This document shows, piece by piece, positions 1 to 8,096 of a stretch of DNA of 64,000 nucleotides (position 1 is the first letter of the stretch; every line of letters starts with the position of its first letter). A program made the translations under genes and the position numbers. Source of the DNA: Cyanobacteria bacterium REEB417 (lineage in GTDB: Bacteria; Cyanobacteriota; Cyanobacteriia; PCC-6307; Cyanobiaceae); contig JAGWVJ010000001.1 in the NCBI GenBank assembly GCA_018970945.1, forward strand, positions 67,357 to 131,356. Direction: 5' to 3'. Under the pieces are notes generated by a model. It did no database searches. It was not told the origin of the DNA and saw nothing but the letters and a program-made list of their open reading frames with translations.

Positions 1-1774
1 CCACCTGCTGACGCAGACTGGTCTGATCAAGATCGACGCTGCTGTAAGGGCCATAGCGGATCGCCCCCGACTGGGGTCGGTACAACCCGGCGATCAATTT
101 GCTGAGGGTGCTTTTGCCGCAACCTGACTCACCGACGAGGGCGGTGACCTTGCCACCGGGCAGGCGCAGATCCAGTTGATCGATCAGGGTGCAGCGACCA
201 GGATGGTGAAACACGAGCCCTTCACAGACGATGTCGTCGTCGGCCATGAGGGTGACCACATGGCGTGATGGGCCATGGCCATCCTCAACGGGATGGTCCA
301 TCACATCGCTGAGCCTGCGGATCACCAACTGGGAGGTGACCATCTCCTGGCAGAGCCCTCCCAGGGCAGCCAGGAAGGCGAGCACGTTGGACCCCATACC
401 GTTGAACGCCAGCAGCTGGCCGATGCTGAGCTGCTCCCGCAACACAAATGAACTGCCATACCAGAGCAACAGGATGCTGGTGCAACTGCCCAGCAGGGAG
501 GTGGCCGTCTGAGCCTTGAGATCGAGCAACTGCGTTCCCCAGGAGAGATGGGCCAGTCGGGAGAAATTGCGTTGCAACTCCTGCCAGGCCTGACCGGTGG
601 CTTCGGTGCTCTTGAGCAGGGAGGAGGCCCGGAACAGCTCCACCAGAAAGCCCTGGTTCTGGGCTGACTGGGCCAGCAGGCTGCGGGTCTTGCGCTGCAG
701 GGCCGGCACCACGGCCAGCTGAGCCAGCAGCACGGCGACGAATCCCAACAACGAAGCGAGGGTGAGCCAGAGGCTGTAACTGAGCATCCAGGCCAGCGAG
801 ATCAGGGCCATGCACAGCTGGCTTGGCAATCCCAGCACCAGATTTCCAAACAGCTGATTGAGCTGCTGAATGTCGTCGAGACGGCTGACGACTTCACCAC
901 TGCGCCGACCTTCGAAGTAGTCGAGCGGCAGCTGCAGCAAGCGCTGGCCGTAATGCAGAACCATCTGCAACTGCAGCTTCTGACCGAAGTGACCCACCAG
1001 CAGGCCCTGCATGAAGCTGAACACGCTGCGCAGAGCGAACAGCAGCAACAGGCCGATGCTCAGGGCGGCGAGCATGCCGCCATCGCCGCGCACCAGCACA
1101 TCGTCGGTGAGCACCTGCAGCAACAGCGGCATCGACAGCGCCATCACCCCGATCACCAGGTTCAGGCCCAGGGCCTGCAGCAACAGGGGTTGGAATGGCT
1201 TCAGAAAGCGGGCGAACACCCAGACGCCCTGGCCATCGGGATCATCGCTGTGGGCATCACGGGCCCAGCGGGCCGGATCCGGTTCGAGCAACAGCAAAAC
1301 GCCATTGCGCCAATGGCCCAGAAACGCCTCATCGCTGAGTTGGCGCAGACCAACGGCCGGATCGGCAACCTGGAGCAGGCCCTCGCGGTCTCGGCCGTGT
1401 AGCACCACCCAATGGTTGCCATCCCAGTGGCAGATCAAGGGCAACGGCAGGGTCTCGAGATCATCAAGCAATGACGGCTCGGCCCTGGCGGCACGCACCA
1501 CAAAGCCGAGGGCCTCAGCTCCCCGCCGCAACCCCAGCATTGTGGTGCCGTGCTGGGTGGTGCCCACCACCTGGCGCACCCGCGCCAGCGACAGCCGCTG
1601 TCCGTGAACCTCACAGACCGTGGCGATGCAGGCGGCTCCGCAGTCTTCTTCATCGTGCTGCCGCACGCAGGGGTGTTGGTCGGCCTGAGGCAGAAGCCAA
1701 CGTCGCAACCCGTGTCGGAGTGCAAGCATCTGCTGAAGAGCCGGCATCCAACGTCGCCATGGTGCTGTGGTCAT
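1..1774 (-). CDS. ABC exporter with N-terminal C39 cysteine-peptidase domain (bacteriocin/microcin processing-export type). The 3' end runs off the window, so it is absent from the ORF track.
   Basis: Own translation of the minus strand from ATG at 1774: MTTAPWRRWMPALQQ...QHDEEDCGAACIATVCEVHGQ (C39 catalytic Cys motif) ...CHWDGNHWVVLHG (His). Hydrophobic TM region follows. Walker A LPGGKVTALVGESGCGKSTL is encoded at about 105-170. Confidence 0.9.
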   Translation of the reverse strand, partial: MTTAPWRRWMPALQQMLALRHGLRRWLLPQADQHPCVRQHDEEDCGAACIATVCEVHGQRLSLARVRQVVGTTQHGTTMLGLRRGAEALGFVVRAARAEPSLLDDLETLPLPLICHWDGNHWVVLHGRDREGLLQVADPAVGLRQLSDEAFLGHWRNGVLLLLEPDPARWARDAHSDDPDGQGVWVFARFLKPFQPLLLQALGLNLVIGVMALSMPLLLQVLTDDVLVRGDGGMLAALSIGLLLLFALRSVFSFMQGLLVGHFGQKLQLQMVLHYGQRLLQLPLDYFEGRRSGEVVSRLDDIQQLNQLFGNLVLGLPSQLCMALISLAWMLSYSLWLTLASLLGFVAVLLAQLAVVPALQRKTRSLLAQSAQNQGFLVELFRASSLLKSTEATGQAWQELQRNFSRLAHLSWGTQLLDLKAQTATSLLGSCTSILLLWYGSSFVLREQLSIGQLLAFNGMGSNVLAFLAALGGLCQEMVTSQLVIRRLSDVMDHPVEDGHGPSRHVVTLMADDDIVCEGLVFHHPGRCTLIDQLDLRLPGGKVTALVGESGCGKSTLSKLIAGLYRPQSGAIRYGPYSSVDLDQTSLRQQV

Positions 1775-1791
1775 GACGTCGGCCGCACCGC

Positions 1792-2043
1792 TCAGGCAAC
1801 CACCAGGGCAGACCCGTTGCCCTGGCTGTTGAAGATGCTGCTGCTGAACATCGCCAGGTTGACCGCAACATTGATCTGCGGATTGACATTGAGAACGCTG
1901 CTCAGCGACGTGGTGGTGGAGGTGCTGGTAGCAGGAGCGGCCGCACACGGCCTGTAGCGACCAAGGCCCCTGCTTTCCATGCCACCACGGCCGGAACGAC
2001 CACCGCAGATCTGTTCGCTCTGAAGCTCAGTGAGTTCGATCAT
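1792..2043 (-). CDS. Double-glycine-leader peptide precursor B (83 aa), class II microcin/bacteriocin-like
   Basis: Internal ATG at 2043 of track ORF 1792..2127 gives MIELTELQSEQICGG followed by a Ser/Asn/Gly/Ala-rich core of 68 aa. The stop lies 17 nt upstream of the C39 exporter start on the same strand. Confidence 0.75.
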   Translation of the reverse strand: MIELTELQSEQICGGRSGRGGMESRGLGRYRPCAAAPATSTSTTTSLSSVLNVNPQINVAVNLAMFSSSIFNSQGNGSALVVA

Positions 2044-2057
2044 GACTGAAGAAGAAA

Positions 2058-2092
2058 ATGGGAAAAAGAGGAGAAGACTTAACCTTCTCCTC
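2058..2092 (-). terminator. Intrinsic terminator/attenuator hairpin between the two peptide genes
   Basis: Minus strand reads GAGGAGAAG-GTTAAGT-CTTCTCCTC-TTTTTCCCATTTTC. This is a perfect 9-bp stem (2084-2092 / 2068-2076), a 7-nt loop and a U-run. Confidence 0.5.
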
Positions 2093-2110
2093 CAAAAATG
2101 AGCCCAGAGA

Positions 2111-2353
2111 TCAGCCGAGCTGAGCAATCGACTGGAAGGCCAGATTGCTCTGTTCGTTGATCACCCCAGCGAAGCTGTTACGGCCGCCGCCGACAACAAC
2201 GTTGGTCGCCAGATTGGACTGCCGCAGGGTGTTTTCGTAGCTGGCCATGCTGAACACCGAAGAGAATGAGGAGGACGAACCACCCCAGCGACGGCCATTG
2301 CCACCACAGAGAGCCTCTAGTTGATGATCAGAAAGAATCGTGAGTTTTGTCAT
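2111..2353 (-). CDS. Double-glycine-leader peptide precursor A (80 aa), class II microcin/bacteriocin-like
   Basis: Internal ATG at 2353 of track ORF 2111..2431 gives MTKLTILSDHQLEALCGG followed by a 62-aa Ser/Asn/Gly-rich core. The leader has L-12, S-11, L-7, L-4, G-2 and G-1 as in GG-leader consensus. Confidence 0.75.
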   Translation of the reverse strand: MTKLTILSDHQLEALCGGNGRRWGGSSSSFSSVFSMASYENTLRQSNLATNVVVGGGRNSFAGVINEQSNLAFQSIAQLG

Positions 2354-2416
2354 AGCAAGATGCATTGAAGAACGGGGAAATCCCCGCTCCGGTTTAATCA
2401 ACCTCCACAGAACAGA

Positions 2417-2439
2417 CTTGAAAGCGATCAAATTTCAAG
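2417..2439 (-). promoter_or_regulatory. Inverted repeat upstream of peptide gene A (candidate operator/promoter element)
   Basis: CTTGAAA-N9-TTTCAAG, a perfect 7-bp inverted repeat, lies 64-86 nt upstream of the ATG at 2353. A second small hairpin, CGGGG-AAAT-CCCCG at 2373-2386, lies in the presumed 5' UTR. Confidence 0.3.
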
Positions 2440-2572
2440 CGCCTTTGCAGCAAACCGAAGCATGCAACGCAACAGCACAGATCGCCGACCAAGCACGTCA
2501 TCAAGCCACGAACATGACGTCCTGATCAGCTGCAGAACCGGGCACGATGGGCTTGCTCAGTAAAGTTCAATC

Positions 2573-3250
2573 ATGAAGCGCGTGAGCTCAGACAAGGCAG
2601 CACCAAGCGAGTCCTGGCCCGACGTCGCCCTGCCCGTCGTGGAAACCTTCTGCTCGCTCCAGGGCGAGGGACTGCATGCGGGTCGCAGCGCCTTCTTCAT
2701 TCGTCTCGGAGGATGCACGGTCGGCTGCAGCTGGTGCGACACCAAGCACTCGTGGCCCGGTGACGGCCACGCCCGGCAGACTCTGGAGGCCCTGCTGGTG
2801 GCGGCACAGGCGGCGGCGGCGGATGGGGCCGCCTTTGTGGTGATCACCGGGGGAGAGCCCCTGCACCACGACCTGGGACCCCTTTGCACAGCCCTGGCGC
2901 ACTGCGGCCTGCCCCTGCACCTGGAAACCAGCGGTGTCGACTCCCTGAGCGGTCGCTTTGACTGGATCACCCTGTCGCCCAAACCCCACCGTCCCCCGTG
3001 CGAGGCACTGCTGCAGCACTGCGACGAACTCAAGGTGGTGTTGCGCTGCGATGCCGACCTGGTCTTCGCCGAGGCCATGGCCCAACAGGCCAGCGCGCTG
3101 CGCACCAAAACAGGAACCCCAGCTCCTGCGCTGCTGCTGCAGCCGGCCTGGGACAACCCTGAGGGACTACGACTGGCCCTCAACCATGTGCGTCATCACC
3201 CCGCCTGGCGCCTGAGCCTGCAGACCCACAAGTGGCTGGCGATCCGCTGA
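2573..3250 (+). CDS. queE: 7-carboxy-7-deazaguanine synthase (radical SAM)
   Basis: ETFCSLQGEGLHAGRSAFFIRLGGCTVGCSWCDTKHSW: QueE-type N-terminus with a CxxxCxxC-like cluster motif. Confidence 0.9.
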   Translation: MKRVSSDKAAPSESWPDVALPVVETFCSLQGEGLHAGRSAFFIRLGGCTVGCSWCDTKHSWPGDGHARQTLEALLVAAQAAAADGAAFVVITGGEPLHHDLGPLCTALAHCGLPLHLETSGVDSLSGRFDWITLSPKPHRPPCEALLQHCDELKVVLRCDADLVFAEAMAQQASALRTKTGTPAPALLLQPAWDNPEGLRLALNHVRHHPAWRLSLQTHKWLAIR

Positions 3251-3272
3251 AGCCCCCGCGCTGGGGATCACC

Positions 3273-3794
3273 TCAGAGCGCCTGGGCCTCGCGTGACTCG
3301 CGCTCGGCCTTCCACATCCGCCAACGCACCTGCAGCGCCGCCGGGGCATACACCACGATCGGCCGGCTGACCACGTAAGGCACCACGTAGGGCTTGCCCG
3401 CCATGGTCACGAAGGTCTGCCGGCGCGGCTGATCGGATGGACAGGCCATCCGGGTCGACACCAGGGGGCCCACGGCGTCGACGCGAAACAGCATCGGGGT
3501 GTCCTCGCTCAGGCGCCAGGGCCGTATGCGGCCCGAAAAGGAGTGCTGGTTGCAGTCGACCTGAGCCGTCTGACCGACGATCAGCTGCACGCGCCACTCC
3601 CGTGGATCGGCCGAGAGCGCCGGATCCCGGGTGGGGGGCAGCACCCCGGGCAACTGGATCACCCAGCGGCGCTCACCGGCGGCCGGAGGGGGATAGGACG
3701 TCAGGTCGAGACGCGGAACCGCTGCGGCCGGCAGGGCCACCAACCCCATGGCCACGCCGGCGGCAGCAACGACGAGGGGCCGGATCAACGCCAT
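3273..3794 (-). CDS. eco: Ecotin-family periplasmic serine-protease inhibitor
   Basis: Start taken at the internal ATG at 3794, giving signal peptide MALIRPLVVAAAGVAMGLVALPAAA. RRWVIQLP...QLIVGQTAQVDCNQH...VGPLVSTRMACPSD...PIVVYAP...VRWRMWKAE is collinear with E. coli ecotin (QVIQL...LLIGQTLEVDCNLH...VSTMMACPDG...PIVVYTP...YRVWKAE). Confidence 0.85.
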   Translation of the reverse strand: MALIRPLVVAAAGVAMGLVALPAAAVPRLDLTSYPPPAAGERRWVIQLPGVLPPTRDPALSADPREWRVQLIVGQTAQVDCNQHSFSGRIRPWRLSEDTPMLFRVDAVGPLVSTRMACPSDQPRRQTFVTMAGKPYVVPYVVSRPIVVYAPAALQVRWRMWKAERESREAQAL

Positions 3795-3847
3795 GGGTTC
3801 CGGAACAGGACTGACCCCATGTTGATCGGATCTGCCAGCCTTGGGCC

Positions 3848-4549
3848 ATGACCGCCCCAAGCCCTGACCCGACCCGGCCACTCGCGATCGCCCTGCTCTC
3901 GGGAGGGCTCGATTCGGCCACCGCTGCCGCCCTGGCGCTGGAGGCGGGCCATGCGGTGATCGCCCTGTCACTCGACTATGGCCAGCGCCACCGGCGCGAG
4001 CTCGAGGCCGCCGCCACCGTGGCCGCCGCCCTCGGCATTGCCGAACATCACACCCTGGGCGTGAACCTGGCGGCCTGGGGTGGCTCGGCCCTGACCGACA
4101 GCGCCATCACCATGCCCACGGCGGGGCCGGAGCCGGATGTGATTCCCAGCACCTATGTACCCGGACGCAACACGGTGTTCATCGCCCTGGGTCTCAGCCT
4201 GGCCGAAGCCCGGGGCGCCACGCGGTTGGTGCTCGGCGTCAACGCCGTCGACTATTCGGGATACCCCGACTGCCGGCCTGACTACCTGGCGGCGTTTCAA
4301 CAGCTCGCCGGCCTGGGCAGCAAGGCCGGCCGGCAGGGCCGCAGCACCGAGCTGTGGGCGCCGCTGGTGCACTGGAGCAAGACCGAGATCGTGCAGCAGG
4401 CCCTGCGCCTGGGGGTGCCGATCGAGGCCACCTGGAGCTGTTACAGCGGCGGCGATGCGCCCTGCGGAGTGTGCGACAGCTGCCGCATCCGTGATGCAGC
4501 CCTGATCGAGGCGGGCCGGCCCGATCTGGCCAGCAGCCATGGCCGCTGA
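3848..4549 (+). CDS. queC: 7-cyano-7-deazaguanine synthase
   Basis: [17 protein letters not shown]-loop motif. C-terminal CxxCxxC ([10 protein letters not shown]) zinc motif. Confidence 0.92.
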   Translation: MTAPSPDPTRPLAIALLSGGLDSATAAALALEAGHAVIALSLDYGQRHRRELEAAATVAAALGIAEHHTLGVNLAAWGGSALTDSAITMPTAGPEPDVIPSTYVPGRNTVFIALGLSLAEARGATRLVLGVNAVDYSGYPDCRPDYLAAFQQLAGLGSKAGRQGRSTELWAPLVHWSKTEIVQQALRLGVPIEATWSCYSGGDAPCGVCDSCRIRDAALIEAGRPDLASSHGR

Positions 4550-5924
4550 CCACACCCACCGGCTCACGCTGCCCTGGCGTGATCCCTGGTTGGTGGTGTC
4601 GGCCATCGCCGCAGACCTGGGAGCCGAGGGCCTGGTGTGGCTCGATGGCGACGGCAGCGACCTGGGCCGCTGGGCACGGCTGGGATTCCAGCCGGTGCAG
4701 AGCGTCTGCTGCCGGGGGCTGCCCGGCGCAGGTCACGACCAGGATCCCTTCAGCGCCCTGGCCAGGCTCGAGGTCGAGCTCAGCCGCAGCGGCGGCTGCT
4801 GGATGGGCTGGCTGGGGTATGAGGCGGGGGCCTGGGTTGAACCCGGCGACCACTGGCAGCAGCCGGCCATGGCGGTGCTGTGGGCAGCCCACTACAGCCA
4901 TGAGCTGGTGTTTGACCTGCAGCAGCAGCAGCTCTGGCTCGCGCACACTCCAGAACGGGCAGACACAGGCCCAGCGGAGAACCTCGCGGCCCGGCTGGCG
5001 ACGCTGCTGGCGGCGCTGCCCAGTGGCTGGCCGGCCACGACAGAGCTGGCCGCTGCCCCCCGGCTGCCGCTGGAGCAGTGGCACTGGCACACCAGCCCCG
5101 CACGCTTTGCCGAGCAGGTCAAACAGATCCGCCGCTGGATCACCGCCGGCGACCTGTTTCAGGCCAACCTCACCGCCTGCTGTGAGACGTCCCTGCCGCA
5201 GGGATCAGCGGCAGGTGCGGCCACGGCCCTGGCCCTCTACGGCCGGCTGCGCCGGCAATGCCCGGCACCGTTTGCAGGCCTGGCGATCGGCAGCGGAGCC
5301 GCCAGTGGCGAAGCGCTGCTGTGCAGCTCGCCAGAGCGCTTTCTGCGACGCGATGCCCGAGGCCAGGTCGAAACGCGCCCGATCAAGGGCACCCGGCCCC
5401 GCAGCGACGATCCCGAGCTGGATGCCGAAGCAGCAGCCGAGCTGGTGAGCAGCCCCAAGGATCGGGCTGAAAACGTGATGATCGTTGACCTGCTGCGCAA
5501 CGACCTGGGGCGGGTCAGCCGTCCGGGGTCGATCCAGGTGCCCCAGCTGGTGGGCCTGGAGAGCTACCGCCAGGTGCACCACCTGACCTCGGTCATTGAG
5601 GGGCAGCTGCAGGAAGGCGTCAGCAATGCCGCCCTGCTGCGGGCCTGCTGGCCGGGGGGCTCGATCAGCGGCGCGCCCAAGATCAGGGCCTGCCAGCGGC
5701 TGGGAGAACTGGAACCGGTGCCGCGGGGTCCCTATTGCGGCGCCTTGTTTCGCCTGGGCGGCGATGGCAGCTTGGACAGCAACATCATCATTCGATCGCT
5801 GATGCTCAAGGACCGCACCCTCAGGGTCCATGCGGGTTGCGGCATCGTCGCCGATTCGGACCCCGACGCCGAGGCTGAGGAGATGGGCTGGAAGCTGAAG
5901 CCCCTGCTGCAGGCCCTGGCATGA
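4539..5924 (+). CDS. pabB: Aminodeoxychorismate synthase component I (chorismate-binding enzyme family)
   Basis: [25 protein letters not shown] and GGSISGAPK motifs. Overlaps the queC stop by 11 nt and is followed by an overlapping class IV aminotransferase-like gene. Confidence 0.8.
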   Translation: MAADHTHRLTLPWRDPWLVVSAIAADLGAEGLVWLDGDGSDLGRWARLGFQPVQSVCCRGLPGAGHDQDPFSALARLEVELSRSGGCWMGWLGYEAGAWVEPGDHWQQPAMAVLWAAHYSHELVFDLQQQQLWLAHTPERADTGPAENLAARLATLLAALPSGWPATTELAAAPRLPLEQWHWHTSPARFAEQVKQIRRWITAGDLFQANLTACCETSLPQGSAAGAATALALYGRLRRQCPAPFAGLAIGSGAASGEALLCSSPERFLRRDARGQVETRPIKGTRPRSDDPELDAEAAAELVSSPKDRAENVMIVDLLRNDLGRVSRPGSIQVPQLVGLESYRQVHHLTSVIEGQLQEGVSNAALLRACWPGGSISGAPKIRACQRLGELEPVPRGPYCGALFRLGGDGSLDSNIIIRSLMLKDRTLRVHAGCGIVADSDPDAEAEEMGWKLKPLLQALA

Positions 5925-6835
5925 GCTCCAGCACCCCGAGCATCGCCTGGATCGACCGAGGCGGTCCCGATGGCCGCTGGGGAGCGCCTGGCGACCTGGC
6001 CCTGCCCGCCGATGCCCGCGGGCTGCTGCTGGCCGAAGGTGTGTTTGAAACCGTGCTGGTTCATGGGGGCAGGCCCCGGCTGCTGGCCGCCCATCTGGAG
6101 CGCTGGCACCAGGGGGCGACCCTGCTGGGGTTGCCGGCACCCCCCGGCGAAGCGCTGATCGCGCCGCTGGCCCGCGAAGCGATCAGCCGCAGCGGCATCG
6201 ACGGCGGTGCGCTGCGGCTCAACTGGTGCCGCGGCAGCGGCACGCGCGGGCTGGAGCCGATCGCCCCCGATGCGGCCGATGGGGCGCTGTGCTGGCTGCA
6301 GCTCACCGGCGCTGAGCCCCGCTTTGCCCCGGTGAGCGTGATCGTCAGTGCCACCGAGGTGCGCCAGGCCACGAGCCTGCTGAGCCGTTGCAAGACCTTT
6401 GCCTACGCCAGCGCCCTGATCGCCCGACGCCAAGCCCGTGACGCGGGCGCCGATGACGCCCTGCTGACCAGCAGCGCCGGTGGCCTGTGCTGCGCCAGCA
6501 GCGCCAATCTGCTGATTCAGCAGGATGGCCGCTGGCTCACCCCGCCGGTGGGCAGCGGCTGCCTGCCGGGAATCATGCGCCAGAGGGCTCTCGACCTGGG
6601 GGTCGCCGTCGAGGAGGCGATCAGCAGCGAGGCACTCCGCCGCAGCGATGGGGCCCTGCTGCTCAACAGCCTGGGCTGCAGGCCGATCCACCACGTCTGC
6701 CGCAGCGATGGCCACGGGCCCGCAACGCTGGCAGCGATCGGCGCTGCTGAGGCTGAACGGTTCTGGCGCCGGCTGCTGGATTCAGACGGCGCCAGCGATG
6801 GTGCTCAGAAGCAGCCCTGGGTCGAGATGCGATAG
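5921..6835 (+). CDS. pabC: Aminodeoxychorismate lyase / class IV aminotransferase-fold protein
   Basis: 4-nt ATGA overlap with pabB. EGVFETVLV..., CKTFAYASALIARRQA and LPGIMR motifs are typical of fold-type IV PLP enzymes. Confidence 0.7.
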   Translation: MSSSTPSIAWIDRGGPDGRWGAPGDLALPADARGLLLAEGVFETVLVHGGRPRLLAAHLERWHQGATLLGLPAPPGEALIAPLAREAISRSGIDGGALRLNWCRGSGTRGLEPIAPDAADGALCWLQLTGAEPRFAPVSVIVSATEVRQATSLLSRCKTFAYASALIARRQARDAGADDALLTSSAGGLCCASSANLLIQQDGRWLTPPVGSGCLPGIMRQRALDLGVAVEEAISSEALRRSDGALLLNSLGCRPIHHVCRSDGHGPATLAAIGAAEAERFWRRLLDSDGASDGAQKQPWVEMR

Positions 6836-7305
6836 GTGAAGCCTGTGGCCGCCTGGTCTGCCGTGGCGCCGATCTTGAAATTCAGCTGGCTGACCGTCTT
6901 GCCGGGATAGGCCGGGAACGGACCCCACATCTTGCCAGTGCCCATCGGCGGGGCAAAGGAGGGATCGTTGATCACCTGCATGTTGCTGCCATCAGTGAAC
7001 TTGAGATAACCCTCGACCGGATAGGTCGCGCTCACCGAGGAGTTCGCGGTGAAGAAGAACTTGTAGCTGTTGTAGGGCTTGGTGACGTAGAAGTCGGTGT
7101 TCCAGTTGGGACGACCGAACGGATTGGCCACGCTGATCGTCTTGGTGATGATCGGCGTCACGCCATTGCCGCCGACCGGCTGCAGGAACTCACAACGACC
7201 CTGGGCGAGAACGGGAGCCGCAGAAGCCATGGCCAGGCCGGCAGCCAGGCAGGAAGCGGAAATCAGACGCACGATCCGAATCGAGAACGACCCAACACAT
7301 AACAA
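6805..7305 (-). CDS. Secreted hypothetical protein (signal peptide, beta-rich; Cys near both ends of the mature part)
   Basis: RIVRLISASCLAAGLAMASAAPVLA|QGRCEF...STQGCF. The track start is a TTG inside the urt terminator U-tract, and an in-frame GTG at 7272 is a more plausible start. I recognise no family. Confidence 0.5.
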   Translation of the reverse strand: MLCVGSFSIRIVRLISASCLAAGLAMASAAPVLAQGRCEFLQPVGGNGVTPIITKTISVANPFGRPNWNTDFYVTKPYNSYKFFFTANSSVSATYPVEGYLKFTDGSNMQVINDPSFAPPMGTGKMWGPFPAYPGKTVSQLNFKIGATADQAATGFTYRISTQGCF

Positions 7306-7339
7306 AGGGACCCGCTCACTGCAACAGCCAGGCGGGTCC
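7292..7339 (-). terminator. Rho-independent terminator downstream of urtE
   Basis: Minus strand reads GGACCCGC-N16-GCGGGTCC (7332-7339 / 7308-7315) followed by CTTTGTTATGTGTT. Confidence 0.55.
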
Positions 7340-7382
7340 GGTCACAGACGTTGATCGAAAGCCGTGTTGAGATCAGCCGGGT

Positions 7383-8096
7383 TCAGACGCTCAGGAACCG
7401 CTGAAGCATCTCAGGGCTGAGATCGCGGGTGGCGCCGCTGGCCACCACTCCCCCTTTCTGCATGGCGTAGTACCAGTCGGACTGGCGCACGAAACTGGCG
7501 TGGTGCTCCACCAGCAGCACCCCGATCGACGTCTCCTTGAGAATGCGCGCCACGGCCCGCTGGATGTCGAGCACAACCGACGGCTGGATTCCTTCGGTGG
7601 GTTCGTCCAGCAACAGCAGACGCGGCCTCCCAAGCAGGGCGCGGGCGATCGCCAGCTGCTGCTGCTGGCCACCGGAGAGGTCACCTCCGCGGCGATTCAG
7701 AAAGGTCTCGAGCACGGGAAAGAGCTCGAACACCAGCGGATCGATGTGACGGTTGCGCGCCAATCCCCCTGGAAGCGCCTCGAGACCCAACTGCAGGTTT
7801 TCACGCACCGTGAGCTGGGGAATGATCTCGCGGCCCTGGGGCACGTAGCCGATGCCACCCCGGGCGCGGCGATGGGGCGGCTGCGTCGAGATGTCCTCGC
7901 CGGCCAACCGCACGTTACCGCTGCGCTGGCGCAGCAGGCCGATGATTGTCTTGAGCAGGGTGGTCTTGCCAACCCCGTTGAGACCGATCAGACAGGCCAT
8001 CTGACCCGGCGCAATCGAAAGATCGACGTTGCGCAGGATATGGCTCTCGCCATAGTAGACGTTAAGCCCAGTGACCTGCAGAACAGGGTCAGTCAT
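7383..8096 (-). CDS. urtE: Urea ABC transporter ATP-binding protein
   Basis: GLNGVGKTTLLKTI Walker A and LSGGQQQQLAIARAL signature. Last gene of the five-gene urt array. Confidence 0.92.
   Translation of the reverse strand: MTDPVLQVTGLNVYYGESHILRNVDLSIAPGQMACLIGLNGVGKTTLLKTIIGLLRQRSGNVRLAGEDISTQPPHRRARGGIGYVPQGREIIPQLTVRENLQLGLEALPGGLARNRHIDPLVFELFPVLETFLNRRGGDLSGGQQQQLAIARALLGRPRLLLLDEPTEGIQPSVVLDIQRAVARILKETSIGVLLVEHHASFVRQSDWYYAMQKGGVVASGATRDLSPEMLQRFLSV

Noticed and set aside
2432-2572. Looked for a preQ1 riboswitch upstream of queE, and at 3795-3847 upstream of queC.
   Set aside because: There is no preQ1-I/II-like hairpin or A-rich tail. The only feature is a 10-nt palindrome, GTTCCGGAAC (3797-3806), next to the ecotin start, which is too short to interpret.
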